Assembly: GCA_030324005.1 (NCBI GenBank)
Contig: JARDVH010000160.1
Coordinates: 16,836,705 to 16,900,704, forward strand
Direction: 5' to 3'
DNA from: Negaprion brevirostris
Lineage: Eukaryota
Length of the DNA stretch: 64,000 bases
The notes beneath the pieces were generated by a model. The model was not told the origin of the DNA. It worked only from the letters and a program-made list of their open reading frames with translations, and did no database searches. The translations under genes and the position numbers were made by a program. Each line of letters opens with the position of its first letter. The first letter of the stretch is position 1. Shown here one piece after another: positions 37,455-48,975 of the stretch.

Positions 37455-39482
37455 GGTAGCACTCTTGGCCTTGGAGTCAGAAGGTTGTGTGGGTCAGGAC
37501 CCACCCTAACACTCAAGCATTCCAGTGGAGTACTGAGGGAGTGCTGTAGTATTTCTTATGAGATGTTCAACTGAAGCCGTGTCTGTCCTTTGAGGTGGAT
37601 ATAAAAATATTCCATGGCATTATTTTGAAGAAGAATAATTACTTTGCATTAGTCTTCACAGTGGAAGACATCAGTGGGATCCCAGAGCTCCAGGAGAGTC
37701 AAGGGGCACAGGTGAGTGCAGTGGACATCACGATGGAGAAGTTTCTGGGAAACTGAAACATCTGAAGATGGATAATTCACCCGGACCGGATGTACACCCC
37801 AGAATTCTAAAAGAGATAGCCAAGGAAATTGCGGAGGCATTGGTGGCGATCTTTCAGGAATCACTGGAGGCAGGGAGGGTACCAGAGGACTGGAAAGTAG
37901 TTCATGTAACACCACTGTTTAAGAAGGGAAATTATAGGCCGGTTAGCCTGACTTCGATCATTGGCAAGATTTTAGAGTCCAATGCTAAAGATGAGATGGC
38001 AGAGTATTTGGAAGAGTATGGCTTTGTCAAGGGGAGGTCATGTCTGACAAATCGGTTAGAGTTCTTTGAGGAGGTAACAAGGAAGTTAGAAAAAGGAGAA
38101 CCTGTGGACATGATTTATTTAGATTTCCAGAAGGCCTTGCACAAGGTGCCACATAGGAGACTGTTAAATAAGTTAGTGCCCATGGGGTTATGGGTAAGTT
38201 CCTGGCTGGCAGAAGGCATAGAGTGGGGATAAAGGGGTCTTTCTCAGGATGGCACCCGGTGACTAGTGAGATGCCTCAGGGGTCAGCGCTGGGGCCGCAG
38301 CTTTTCATGACCTACATGAACAATTTGGAGGAAGGAACTGAGGGCACTGTTGCTAAGTTTGCAGATGATACAAAGACATGTAGAGGAACAGGCTGAGGAA
38401 GTGGGGGTGGGGGGGCTGCAGAAGGACTTGCATAGATGAGAAGAATGGGCAAAGAAGTGGCAGATGGAATACAATGTGGAAAAGTGTGAGGATATGCACT
38501 TCGGAAGGAGGAATGGAGGCATAGACTATTTTGTAAATAGGAAAGTGCTCAGGAGATCAGAAACACAAAGGGACGTGGGAGTCATTGTTTAAGGTTCTCT
38601 TAAGATTAAGATGCAGGTTCAGTTGGCAGTTAGGAAGGCAAATGCAATGTTAGGATTCATGTCGAGAGGGCTAGAATACAAGAGTAGGGGTGTACTTCTG
38701 AGGCTGTATAAGGCTCTGGTCAGACCCCATCTGGAGTTTTGTGAGCAGTTTTAGGCCCCATATCTAAGGATGGACGTGCTGGTCTTGGAAAGGGTCCAGA
38801 GGAGGTTCACAAGAATGATCCCGGGAATTAAACGCTTGTCGTATGAGGAACGGTTGAGGACTCTGGGTCTGCACTCATTGAAGTTTAGAAGGATAAGGGG
38901 GTATCTTATTGAAACTTACAAGATACTGCAAGGCCTGGACAAAGTGGATGTGGAGACAATGTTTCCACTAGTAGGAAAAAGTAGAACCAGAAGGCACAAC
39001 CTCAGGCCAAAGGGATGATCCTTTAAAACGGAGATGAGGGGGTATTTTCTCAGCCAGAGAGTTGAATCTGTGGAACTCTTTGCCACAGAAGACTGTAGAG
39101 GCCACATCATTGAGTGTCTTTAAGACAGAGATAGATAGGTTCTTGATTAATAAGGGGATCAGGGGTTATTGGGAAAAGACAGGAGAATGGGGATGAGAAA
39201 AATATCAGCCATGATTGAATGGTGGAACAGACTCGATAGGTCGAGTGGCCTAATACTGCTCCTATGTCTTATGGTTTAACAGCAGGGAAGTTAACCTGCT
39301 GTCTGAGCCAATAGCTATCCCTTGAGCAATATCTAAAAAAAGATTATCGATATTACCACATTGCTGCTTAAGAAAAGGACGTTTGGCTACATACAAATTG
39401 GCTGCCTCATTCCTACATTACTAGAGTGACTGCATTCTACAGGCTCTAATGTGCTTTAGGTCACATGAAAGCTGCTATATGA
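37455..39482 (+). mobile_element. SacSINE1-like Deu-SINE, split by the CR1 insertion at 37637-39275
   Basis: Head GGTAGCACTCT...GAGTCAGAAGGTTGTG; Deu domain AGTACTGAGGGAGTGCTG...CCATGGCATTATTTTGAAGAAGA; resumes GCAGGGAAGTT...CAAATTGGCTGCC...GAAAGCTGCTATAT. Confidence 0.75.
37637..39275 (+). mobile_element. 5'-truncated CR1 LINE with an RT domain, disrupted by frameshifts and stops
   Basis: SPGPD, NYRPVSLTS, YLDFQKA, PQGSALGP, KFADDTK and RVQRRFTRMIPG; tail CTCCTATGTCTTATGG. Confidence 0.95.
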
Positions 39483-39553
39483 TATTCCAAATATCTGAGA
39501 TGACCTGTGTCCTTGCATTAAGAAATGGTTGAAACTACTGGATACTGAAAAGG

Positions 39554-39706
39554 CATGATGTGGATGTGCCGGCGTTGGACTGGGGTAAACACAGTAAAAA
39601 GTCTGGCCAGAACTCTCCATTCACCTGACGAAGAGGGAGTCCCCTCGAAAGCTTATGAGTTTACTATCAAATAAATCGGACTAAAACCTGGTGTTGTTAG
39701 AGTTTT
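39554..39706. mobile_element. Partly inverted Penelope-like insertion with an 11-bp TSD
   Basis: TACTGAAAAGG at 39543-39553 and 39707-39717; the two halves lie in opposite orientation relative to the copy at 59942-60030. Confidence 0.75.
39619..39660 (+). ncRNA. Minimal type I hammerhead ribozyme motif (PLE-associated)
   Basis: ATTCAC-CTGACGA-A-GAGGG-AGTC-CCCTC-GAAA-GC-TT-ATGAGT: intact CUGANGA and GAAA core, 5-bp stem II, palindromic AGCU stem III, stem I with one mismatch. Confidence 0.65.
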
Positions 39707-39719
39707 TACTGAAAAGGTG

Positions 39720-39905
39720 ACAGGCCTGAAGACTTGTTCTCTAGAACCTGTTGTGCCCCGAGGCAAGATATTCCAGTACAGGTACAACACTAGCATCTCC
39801 CCAGTAACATGGAAAATTGCCCAGGTATGTCCTGTACACAAGAAACAGGACTAATAAAACCTGGCCAATTGCAATTCCAACAATCTACTCGCAGTCATCA
39901 GCATG
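39720..39905 (+). mobile_element. Family B LINE RT N-terminal fragment
   Basis: TGGAAAATTGCCCAGGTATGTCCTGTACACAAGAAACAGGAC = WKIAQVCPVHKKQD. Confidence 0.8.
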
Positions 39906-42154
39906 TTAAATATTCCCAAGACAGGTATGAACAATATTTTTTAGTTTTAACTTGATCATAGCACGCAGTGGTGCACAGTAAGGCTTTTTCACTTTCCACA
40001 CCACCTATCCTGACTTATAGCCTGACTTGGGCGCTGATTTAACTGCAACTTTGTCCTGTAAAGCTACAATCATGAGGAACTGGATTATAATGACCATTGA
40101 AAGAATATAATTGACAGAAAATAGGGAATTTTATTGCATTATTTGGGCTGGGCTTGAATTCAATCCCAGAGATCAAAGGTTTTACTTGAGATTCACATAT
40201 GTAGTTTCAATTCCCTATTTGATTTAATAAGTAATAAATTTGACAAATTGCTTCTTTGATATCAAAAGACTATTTATAACTTGCCAAAAGGCAGTTAACA
40301 GCCAACAGCTCATTCACTCCATAGCTTGTTTTTAATGTTTAAATAAAATAAATGTTGTTAAGGAATGTAGTGGGTTGCTTTATTTGGAATGTTGTTGATT
40401 GCTGCAGAATGTTATGGATTGTCTCAACTGTCAAAACTCTGTGAGCAGAGTTTCAGAGTTTTCAGAACAGGTGTTTGCTTGTGGATTGGCCTGAAACCTC
40501 CTCAGGAATACAGAAGCTGTTAATAAAAAGATTTTTTTTTGCTTTGTGGTTAAATCTAGGTGGCTTCACCCAGACAGGAAAAGCCTTAAGGAAGCTGCAT
40601 AATTGAAACGATGAGGAGTTAACAATATGGAAAATGTATGCATTCTACTGAGTACCCTCTTTATGTGTTACTATTTGTAACTCCCATTTCTTGACAGGAT
40701 CAGGCTATAGAGTTTTTAAATGTCACCACATCTGGTTCACACAGTCTACACAATCTTTTGAAGTGAAGCCACTGAACTTTCTGATAAAGAAAGAAGTGGG
40801 AGAATATTGAGGCAAAATTTGCTGCAGTAGGCATCTCTTAATGTGTGCTGTGAATTGGGCATTTTCTCCTTACCCTCTAGGTTTGATAATGTTCTTATTG
40901 CAAATTGCTGGATGTGAAAGCTGTTTTTTGAAGTCAGTGTATCTGGGACCTTGGTGAACAGGACCAATCCTTCCAACAAAGGCTAGAGAAATAGCAGAAG
41001 TATAATGAAAAAGGAAATTGGGTGGATTGGAGTAAAATTAGTTAAAGAAACTGGGAAAGATTAAATGGATCAAAAGTGAAAGAGAGAAAAAGAAAAATTA
41101 AGAAAAAAATCTTACAAACCTTTAGGAATACCTACAGGAATAGGAATTACTATTTCAATTGACCCCTTTCAAGTGTCTAAGGTCAGGTGGAACATTAATT
41201 TAGTTATTAAAACAGTCCTTGCGCTATTAAAATCCAACCTTAACTTGCTGCAATAACTTAAAACATGTTTTGACAGCACAAATCTGACATTTTTATGACA
41301 TGCATGAGGTTGATGGATCCATAATCACAGATATTTGAAAAAAATGATAGAATGAGCAAGTAAAGTCCTCTGTGCGTGGATGAGGGGCTTTATAGGAATG
41401 GAAATTAATTCTCTTACATTCATCATTTTTTTACTTTTCTTAATGTAAAATGAAAGCAAAATTGCTCGTCTTGTTACTCACATAACTAAGTTATTTTTAT
41501 TTTCCTTTGATAAGATAAAAACTCACAACTTAACCCAAATACTGAAAATCCACAGCAGTGGCTTCCTTAGGCAACACTTGACTTTTTAAAAATGTGGTCA
41601 AAATGGAAGTGCATAACAAGTTGCGTTCATATGAATATAATTGTGCCGGCCTAAAGTAAATACATTTGGCATGAAAATGATTTGAAAATAGTCACGTTGC
41701 TTGTTAGGTTTTGTTCAAAATACACGAGGAAACTAACTACCATAGCTAGAACATATAAAAATGATGGACAAGAAAAGACAAGCGAATCTAGTGAAGCTGT
41801 CATATACAGTCAACGTTTTTCTGCCAGCAACTATGTTGGCTATGGAAAAGAACAAAGAACTCTGAGTTGGGCAAAATATCTCGATTTGAAAACAAAACTG
41901 CCAAATTTCTCTGTGGTCTGTCAACAAGAGAATCGACCCTTTTTCAATGAAGAGATGAATTATGAAAGTTGAAAAAATACTGTGATTAAACAGAAGAGTA
42001 ACCAGTCTATTGGAAAGCAATTTGATGAACAAAAACCAAAAACTTAAAATGCAGAGAATTTCAGACTTCATTAACTTTAGGTAGAAAAAGCATTAGTGTC
42101 ATGATCTGATGACAACAAGCTGCTAACAATGGTGGCAGGTGAGCAAGAAGCGAC

Positions 42155-42685
42155 ATGAAGGCTTCAGGCACCCTTAAGGAATACAAGGTGATTGGGCGGC
42201 GCCTGTCCTCAGGTAAGGAGCCCAGCTCTGCACTCTATCGGATGCGCATCTTTGCTCAAAATCATACTATTGCCAAGTCTCAATTCTGGTACTTCATTTC
42301 ACTGATGAAGAAACTGAAGAAGTCTGCTAGCGGAATAGTCTATTGTCGACTGGTGTTTGAGAAGTCACCCGCAAAAGTAAAGAACGTTGGTACCTGATTG
42401 TGCTATGACTCTCAAAGTGGAACCCACAATATGTACAGGGAGTACCGAGGCCTGACCACTGCTGGTGCTGTCACTCAGTGCTACCGTGACACAGGAGCGC
42501 GCCATCGTACCCAGGCTTACTCCATTCAGATCATGAAGTTAGAGGAGGTTGCATCCAGCAAGTGTCGCCGTCCTGCTGTTAAGCAGTTCCACAACTCCAA
42601 GGTCAAGTTCCCTCTGCCACACTGAATCTTGCGATAACAGCACAAGCCACGTTTCACCACCACGGGACCAAACATTTTCTTCTAA
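42155..42685 (+). pseudogene. RPL18A: Processed pseudogene of 60S ribosomal protein L18a (eL20)
   Basis: 531 nt = 176 codons plus stop, intronless and without frameshift: [12 protein letters not shown]...LYRMRIFA...[10 protein letters not shown]...HKPRFTTTGPNIFF*. In-frame stops at 42395, 42623 and 42635; AATAAA at 42714; A8 at 42732-42739. Confidence 0.97.
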
Positions 42686-43814
42686 AATGTACTGACTGTT
42701 GGAACTTTATGAAAATAAAAGTCTGACTGACAAAAAAAACAATGTTGCCACTGCCATCAACTGCTTTTGTCAGTGAATGAAAGAGATCCACTTTGTCATT
42801 GCTTTTCCTGTGTTCATGACACTACTTCCAAAAAAATCAATTCGTCTCTGAAGGTTAAAAACAGGAGGAACCTATTAAGTCAAAACTCCCTTTAAGAATA
42901 TCACAAAGCTAAGATGATAGGAACTTAATTAAACATTTTCTGCAACATTTTGATCACTACGTTTCCAATCCAGAGGGGAAGGTGGCTCTGCTACATCTGT
43001 TTCCTGGGAATGAGGTGGACCAAGTGGATTAAGTATCAATAAGAGGACATGTAGGGTACAGTGATCACAGTATTGTACGTTTCAGGTTGGCTCTGGGAAA
43101 AGGCAAAATACACTTTAATGGGAGGAAAGCCAACGTCAATAGCGTAAAAATGGATCTGTGCCAGATTATTGCTTCTGTATGAAGTCATTGCTAAGACTGA
43201 GGTTGTAGGTTGTTTATCAATGTTAAAGTTGTTGGAATTAACTACAATCACGTCATCTAATTAATAGGACTTGTTAAAAAGTTGATTTTTATTCCCCAAT
43301 TTGATGTTGTGCATCAAAATTAGACTAAGTTGACCTTCTACCCTTCTTGTAATCAGTTTCATAGACTAGTGTTTCATATGCTTTGATATGTTTTAATAGT
43401 TTATTTATAAAAGGTGAGAATAAAATGGTGTTTATTTCAAATCCTACTAACGCAATAGGGCTTGGTCTATAATCTGGCTTTGGAACACATACAAAAAATG
43501 CCATTATCGTAATTGAACAAGTCACTGTCCTGCCAAGACTTCACTCGTTCTGTGTGATAGCTAAGTTGCAGCTGGAGTACCAGTATCATGTCTTTATTCT
43601 GGGGGGTTGCATGGAGTTGAACTTCAGTACCTTTATCTGCAAATACAGGTTCAAACTCCATACAAATGCTCACTATTCGTAGAGTCTCAGTACCTAAAAT
43701 GTCGACCCAATTCAACTTAGGTACTCAGTATACACCTGATACAATTCTCATTCTTTAAAGTGTCCAAACAGGATAATTTTAAAAATTAAAATTATGTGGT
43801 GAAATTGAAGGTCA

Positions 43815-44110
43815 TGTGATGCATCCCTGCCTCTGAGCCAGGAGCTCTGGGTTCGAGTCCATTCCAGGGCTTGACAGCCACAGAAGGCACATTCATTATC
43901 AACTTGCAAATCCTTCCAAACCCACGTGGCACACAATAAGATGCGGAGAGTCTCCTGTTCAGCCATGCTTGATGCAGAATAGTCCCTCTTCAACCTATAT
44001 AGCTCTGGCTTCAGGTTAGTGATTTGCTCCAAGAAAACCAAGCTGTAGAAAAGAGATACAAGATGTGCAATATCTGCCTCATGCCTCTCTAGATATGGGA
44101 AATCTCCTTA
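43815..44110 (+). mobile_element. tRNA-derived SINE of a further family
   Basis: GCATCCCTGCCTCTGAGCCAGGAGCTCTGGGTTCGAGTCC with an intact B-box. The 3' boundary is uncertain. Confidence 0.5.
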
Positions 44111-44569
44111 TAGTCTAAGAAGTGAAATTGAGCGTGGGAGGGACACAAAACAGGCAACAAGCCTGAAATTTACTGCCATTGTAAATATTTAATATGGGTC
44201 AGGGCATTTAACAGGTGACAGATATGATTCTATTTTGCATCTCTGTCTATGTTCAGTTTCAACACAATGCTCTAGTTTTGATATGTGGAATTATCATGCG
44301 AGATGGTTTAGAAAGAAGCTGCTCATTTTTTAGGTAACAAGTTAGAGTTATCTGGCTGGTCTTAAGGTACGTTTACATTCCTCCCTTCAATGCAAATGTT
44401 CATTTCATGCATACAAAATATTATGGATCATCAGAAGACATGTTACATCTGAATGAGCAAACCTACACCTAACTAAATGGTGGAGGAATTCAGGGAAATA
44501 TAATCTCAAGTAATGCATGGTTCTGGTGAGAAATGGAGAAATGATTATCCTATCAAGTTGAAGAACATA

Positions 44570-44880
44570 ACATTGCGATTTTGCAAAGAATTACATAGAC
44601 TATACATTACAGAAACTGGCTATTCAGCCCAACAGATTCATGTTAGTAATTATGTTCTATGCAAGCCTCCTCTCACCTGTTTTTATCTATCAGTATAACT
44701 TTATATTCCTCTATGTTTTTTTATGTCTATCTAGCCTCTTGATCAATGCATTCTTATTGTTTACCTCAGTGACCTCCTGTTGTAGTAAATTGCACATTCA
44801 TCACTGTGAAAAGAAGTTTGTTCTGAATTTTATATTTCATTTCTTAGTGATCATCTTGTATTGACCCACCGCTTGTCCTA
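44570..44880 (-). mobile_element. Old CR1 3' fragment
   Basis: Reverse tail TACATAGACTATACATTACAGAAACTGGCTATTCAGCCC; CACTGTGAAAAGAAGTT. Confidence 0.5.
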
Positions 44881-44999
44881 AACTGTCAAGGCTGTTGTCT
44901 AGCACTGAATGAGCAGAAATTTTTTCCAACTAAATAATGGAAAGACAGAAGTGTCTTTTGTCCCCTTTACAAATTCTTTTCCCTTGCCACAAATTCCGA

Positions 45000-45680
45000 A
45001 ACACTCATTTAGAAACTGTCTTAACCTGCATCAGACTTGATTTCAACCTTGATATTATACTTGACCCCAAGATGAGATTCCCACCATACATTGGCACCAT
45101 CACTACAACTGCCTATTTTCACCTGAATGGATACCTGACTCTGCCCTTGCCTCAATCTGTTTGCTGCCTCGTCCAAGCCTTGTCACCTCTATGTCTATTC
45201 CAATGCACTCTTGGTCTTAGGACTGTTGTATCCTCTGCAAACTTGACATCCGACCTAACTTGCACTAAACCTCACTTACTGCATACCTGTTGTTACTTAT
45301 TTACACTGGCTCTCAGTCAAGCAATACCGATTTAAAAATTTTTATCCTAAAATCCCTTCATGGCTTTAACCCTCCCTCGTACCTTTATAATCTTCTCCAG
45401 CCCAACAACTCTATAATTTTAATTGCTCTACCATTGACAATCGAGCCTTCAGGTGCTAGGATATGAGCTCTGAAACTCACCCTCTAAACCTCTCTGCCTC
45501 AAGTTTCTTTCCTCCCTTAAGATGCTTCTTAAAACCTACCTCTTTGACCATGTTTTTAGGCATCTTGCCAAACATCGTCAGACATGGCTCAGTATCAGAT
45601 TTTCTTTGTTAATTCTGTAGAGCACCATGGTACATTTTGTCATATTAATGCTGATGTATATATACGGAGATTGTTGTCAT
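45000..45680 (+). mobile_element. L2 LINE 3' fragment
   Basis: LDIILDPKMRF-PYI...TAYFHL; AAGATGCTTCTTAAAACCTACCTCTTTGACCA (LLKTYLF). Confidence 0.8.
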
Positions 45681-45769
45681 TCCTGGCCTCTAGTTTTGCA
45701 CTTCCCACCAAGTGGAAAAACTTGCACTGTGTTTATTCTACCAGAATTTGATAATAAGATCTCCATTAA

Positions 45770-45842
45770 GTTACCTAATTCCAGCCTTGAGTGACTGTGT
45801 AGAATTTGCACATTCTACCTGTGTCTGCGTGGTTTTCCTCAG
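45770..45842 (+). mobile_element. V-SINE fragment
   Basis: CCTTGAGTGACTGTGTAGAATTTGCACATTCT...GTGTCTGCGTGGTTTTCCTC. Confidence 0.7.
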
Positions 45843-45855
45843 TCTGTCTCTTAGC

Positions 45856-46028
45856 AAACAGCACTTGCCACCTCAAAGGGAACAGTACTACTGTTGGCTG
45901 CCACAGGGCAAACAACACTGGCATCGACTGTCTCAGGCCAAAAAGCACTGGCATTGACTGTCTCAGAGTGAACAGCACTAGTATTGGCTGCGTCAGAAAA
46001 CAGCACTGGTACTAGCTGCCTCAGGGTT
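45856..46028. repeat. ~30-bp minisatellite, about 5.5 degenerate copies
   Basis: Units such as AACAGCACTGGCATTGACTGTCTCAGGGCA start at 45881, 45911, 45941, 45971 and 45999. Confidence 0.85.
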
Positions 46029-47009
46029 AACCATAGATGCAGCAGGGACCAGGCACATTATTTATGTATACAAATTTTCTAATGCTTGCTTCAGATATAG
46101 ATATAGGTTCATCTTTTTGCATATGGCAGATTGGAAGAATGTGTCTGCTTCCTGTCTGACATTTGGTGATTTAACAGGCCATGTAGCACTAAAGAAATGG
46201 ATGCTATTCATCCCAAATTAACTCCTTGCATCTGCTACATGATCGTTTACCAACAAATTTGTAATTTCTTTACTTTTAGGATTAATCTCCAAATCCATCA
46301 GGATTTTGATAGCTTAATGCACCAAATAAATATTCACAGTGCTTAAGTTTTAATTTCTTGAGCTGGTGATCTTAATTAATTTAATTTTGCTTTGTGTGAT
46401 TATAAATTATAGATTGACCACATAGTTCCTAAACATTGAAGTCTCCACAATACTTCAGTTAAACGCAAACCTGATGACCATGTATCATTCATGCAATTCC
46501 TGCTTTTAAAGTATGACACAACTTTAAGTTATACTTGTAACTGCAACACTGAGGCACAATGTGTCTGNNNNNNNNNNNNNNNNNNNNNNNNNNNNNNNNN
46601 NNNNNNNNNNNNNNNNNNNNNNNNNNNNNNNNNNNNNNNNNNNNNNNNNNNNNNNNNNNNNNNNNNNNNNNNNNNNNNNNNNNNNNNNNNNNNNNNNNNN
46701 NNNNNNNNNNNNNNNNNNNNNNNNNNNNNNNNNNNNNNNNNNNNNNNNNNNNNNNNNNNNNNNNNNNNNNNNNNNNNNNNNNNNNNNNNNNNNNNNNNNN
46801 NNNNNNNNNNNNNNNNNNNNNNNNNNNNNNNNNNNNNNNNNNNNNNNNNNNNNNNNNNNNNNNNNNNNNNNNNAAAAATGAGTTCAGTATGAGCACTGCA
46901 GTGAGTCAGGAATTCATCTAAGTCATTTGTGAGCGCATGGTTGAGAGATCAGGGAGCTGGGGGATGGAGGGGAGAACTACAAGAAACAATCCCCAAGCTT
47001 GAATAGAGT

Positions 47010-47272
47010 ACCGCTTGGGGACCCAGGTTTGATTTCCAGCTTGGGTCTGTGCGGAATCTGCACATTCCCCCGTTTCTGCATGGGTTTCCTCCTGGTGCTC
47101 CGGTTTTCTCCTATAGTCCAAAAGATGTGCTGGTTAAATGCATCGGCCATGCTAAATTCTCCCTTGGTATACCTGGATAGGGGCCGGAAGGTGGCAACTT
47201 GGGGATTTTCAAAGCAACTTCATTAGAGTGCTAATGTAAGCCAGTATGTGACACGAATAAATAAACTTAAAC
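47010..47272 (+). mobile_element. V-SINE with the alternative tail
   Basis: GGGACCCAGGTTTGATT, V-domain, then GCTAATGTAAGCC...GTGACACGAATAAATAAACTT. Confidence 0.85.
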
Positions 47273-47334
47273 TAATAGCACCCAGGATTACAAGATTAGG
47301 CTCCAGTCTCAATTCCACTGAGCTGCAGTTAGCA

Positions 47335-48151
47335 GTTTGGCCAAACAGGCCACCTAAGATGGTGATTTACAAAGCACACTGGGACAGTTGGACCAATACA
47401 GAATTAGACAGGCTGCAGGCTCAAATGAATACTGGACAGAGATAAACAGGTTACAGCTCCAGACTAAAGAATACGCATGAAATAGGCCATCCCAAAGACA
47501 AAAATCACTCTCAGGTCAAGCATACTTGTTTACCAATCGAAGCGGTGCCCGAACCCCTTATTTGGGAAGGAGGTATATGACCTACATGCCTCCAGCACCT
47601 ACAGGCATGACCACTGGATACACACCCAGAGATCGGTGTGGCAGCACGTGATTGTAATGTTATCGACCAGGGTGATCGAACCCTGATTGATTGATAATAA
47701 GCAAGAGACCGCCCAAAGGGGCACGAAACCAATGAGGGATTATAAGCGCTGCACAATCCAAGGAAGAGCTCACATGACAGGAACAGAACAATCGGTGACC
47801 ACCACCAGCAACTGCCACCATGAGAAGAGGCACCACACCATGAATGGAAGGAAGACCAGACCAGAGTATCAGACCAGACCGAAGGATCAAACCACACCAA
47901 GGACTACAGAGACCAGCACACAGATAAAGGCCAATATCTGCTGGGATACTTGCCAGTTACTCTCCCAAAACTTAAGTCAAGGTCTAGTATTGAACTTGAA
48001 CTTTAGCATTCTGTAAAATAACTTATACTGATTGTGTGGTTGATACACAATTAATTGTGTATGTGAATAAATACTATATTAACAAGAAGTCAACTCACAG
48101 ATCTTTGTCCGCCATATAAGAGTTAAAACACACTTTGCGGCAGGTGCAACA
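47335..48151 (+). mobile_element. Probable solo LTR
   Basis: TATAAG at ~47742, AATAAA at 48066 and a TGCAACA end; CpG-richer than its flanks. The 5' end is undefined. Confidence 0.5.
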
Positions 48152-48774
48152 GCAACATGCTGTTCACCAGTGAGACATGATTAAAGACCAAATCTCTACT
48201 GGTGTTGCTAACAGGAATTAGAGAAAAGTGGCAACAGGAAAGTGGATAACTGAGTAGCAGCAATATAGCAGAGGAGAATTGGTATTTCAGTGACAGCGCT
48301 TATCACTTGAAGAAAGGGGAAGATCATCTGTGCTCATTCCAGCTCCATATTATGATATGTAAATTTTTTAAGTTGGTCACATAAGGACCACCTATCAAGT
48401 CGCATGTAGATTTTATAACAAACCAGCGGAGGTCTAATACAGCATGATGCTAAGTGCTAATGCTGCTTCAACCACATGCTGGGGGACCATATGTTGAATT
48501 TTTGGGAGTTACTAACATGGCAGCCACTGCACTTACAGTTTTAATGACTGTGCTTCCTACTCATCGTATTGGTGGATTTAAAACATAGTGGGGTATTAAT
48601 TCACCATTCACACTTGCTCCTACCCTAAGAGAGCTATCCATTTAATCTCACTCTCTTGCACTTTCCTCTTAAATGTTCCTTTTTCAAATACTGTATCTTC
48701 CCATTTCTCTTTTAAAAACAATTGTAGAGTTTGTTTCTGGTAGAACACTCTTGTCCAAACAACTTCATTTCAAA

Positions 48775-48975
48775 AAAAAATCCCTGAATCGCTCTCTTAG
48801 TGTCCCAGCACAGAGTAACAGCCATTAAATACCTTTTCAAGATAGTCACTTGTGCTATGTAGGCAAATGCAGCAGCCAACTTGAACTCAACAAGGTTCCG
48901 CAAGCAGAACAGAAATAAGTAATCTTTTTCAGTGGCCTTGTTTGAAGGAACAATGAGCCAGGTCACCAGGAACAT
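48775..48975 (-). mobile_element. Deu-SINE (SacSINE1-like) fragment
   Basis: CAGCCATTAAATAC...TAGTCACT...ATGTAGGCAAATGCAGCAGCCAA...CCAGGTCACCAGGA. Confidence 0.6.

Noticed and set aside
40560-40955. Chain of plus-strand acceptors (40559, 40697, 40880) and a VWA-like GFTQTGKAL peptide
   Set aside because: The implied introns are only 62 and 54 nt, and the first two candidate exons have stops in all three frames.
42155-42625. The two RPL18A ORFs as functional genes
   Set aside because: They are pieces of one intronless retrocopy broken by nonsense codons.
43815-43870. Possible tRNA gene (also the heads at 3160-3243, 18708 and 62956)
   Set aside because: Only box A/B similarity, continuing into SINE or LINE bodies; no full cloverleaf is evident.
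45856-46028. CRISPR-like periodicity
   Set aside because: Units are contiguous with no unique spacers, there are no cas genes, and the DNA is eukaryotic.
46489-46921. Long ORFs across N runs (also near 9.2, 10.7, 13.8, 52.7, 59.9 and 62 kb)
   Set aside because: Artefacts of assembly gaps.
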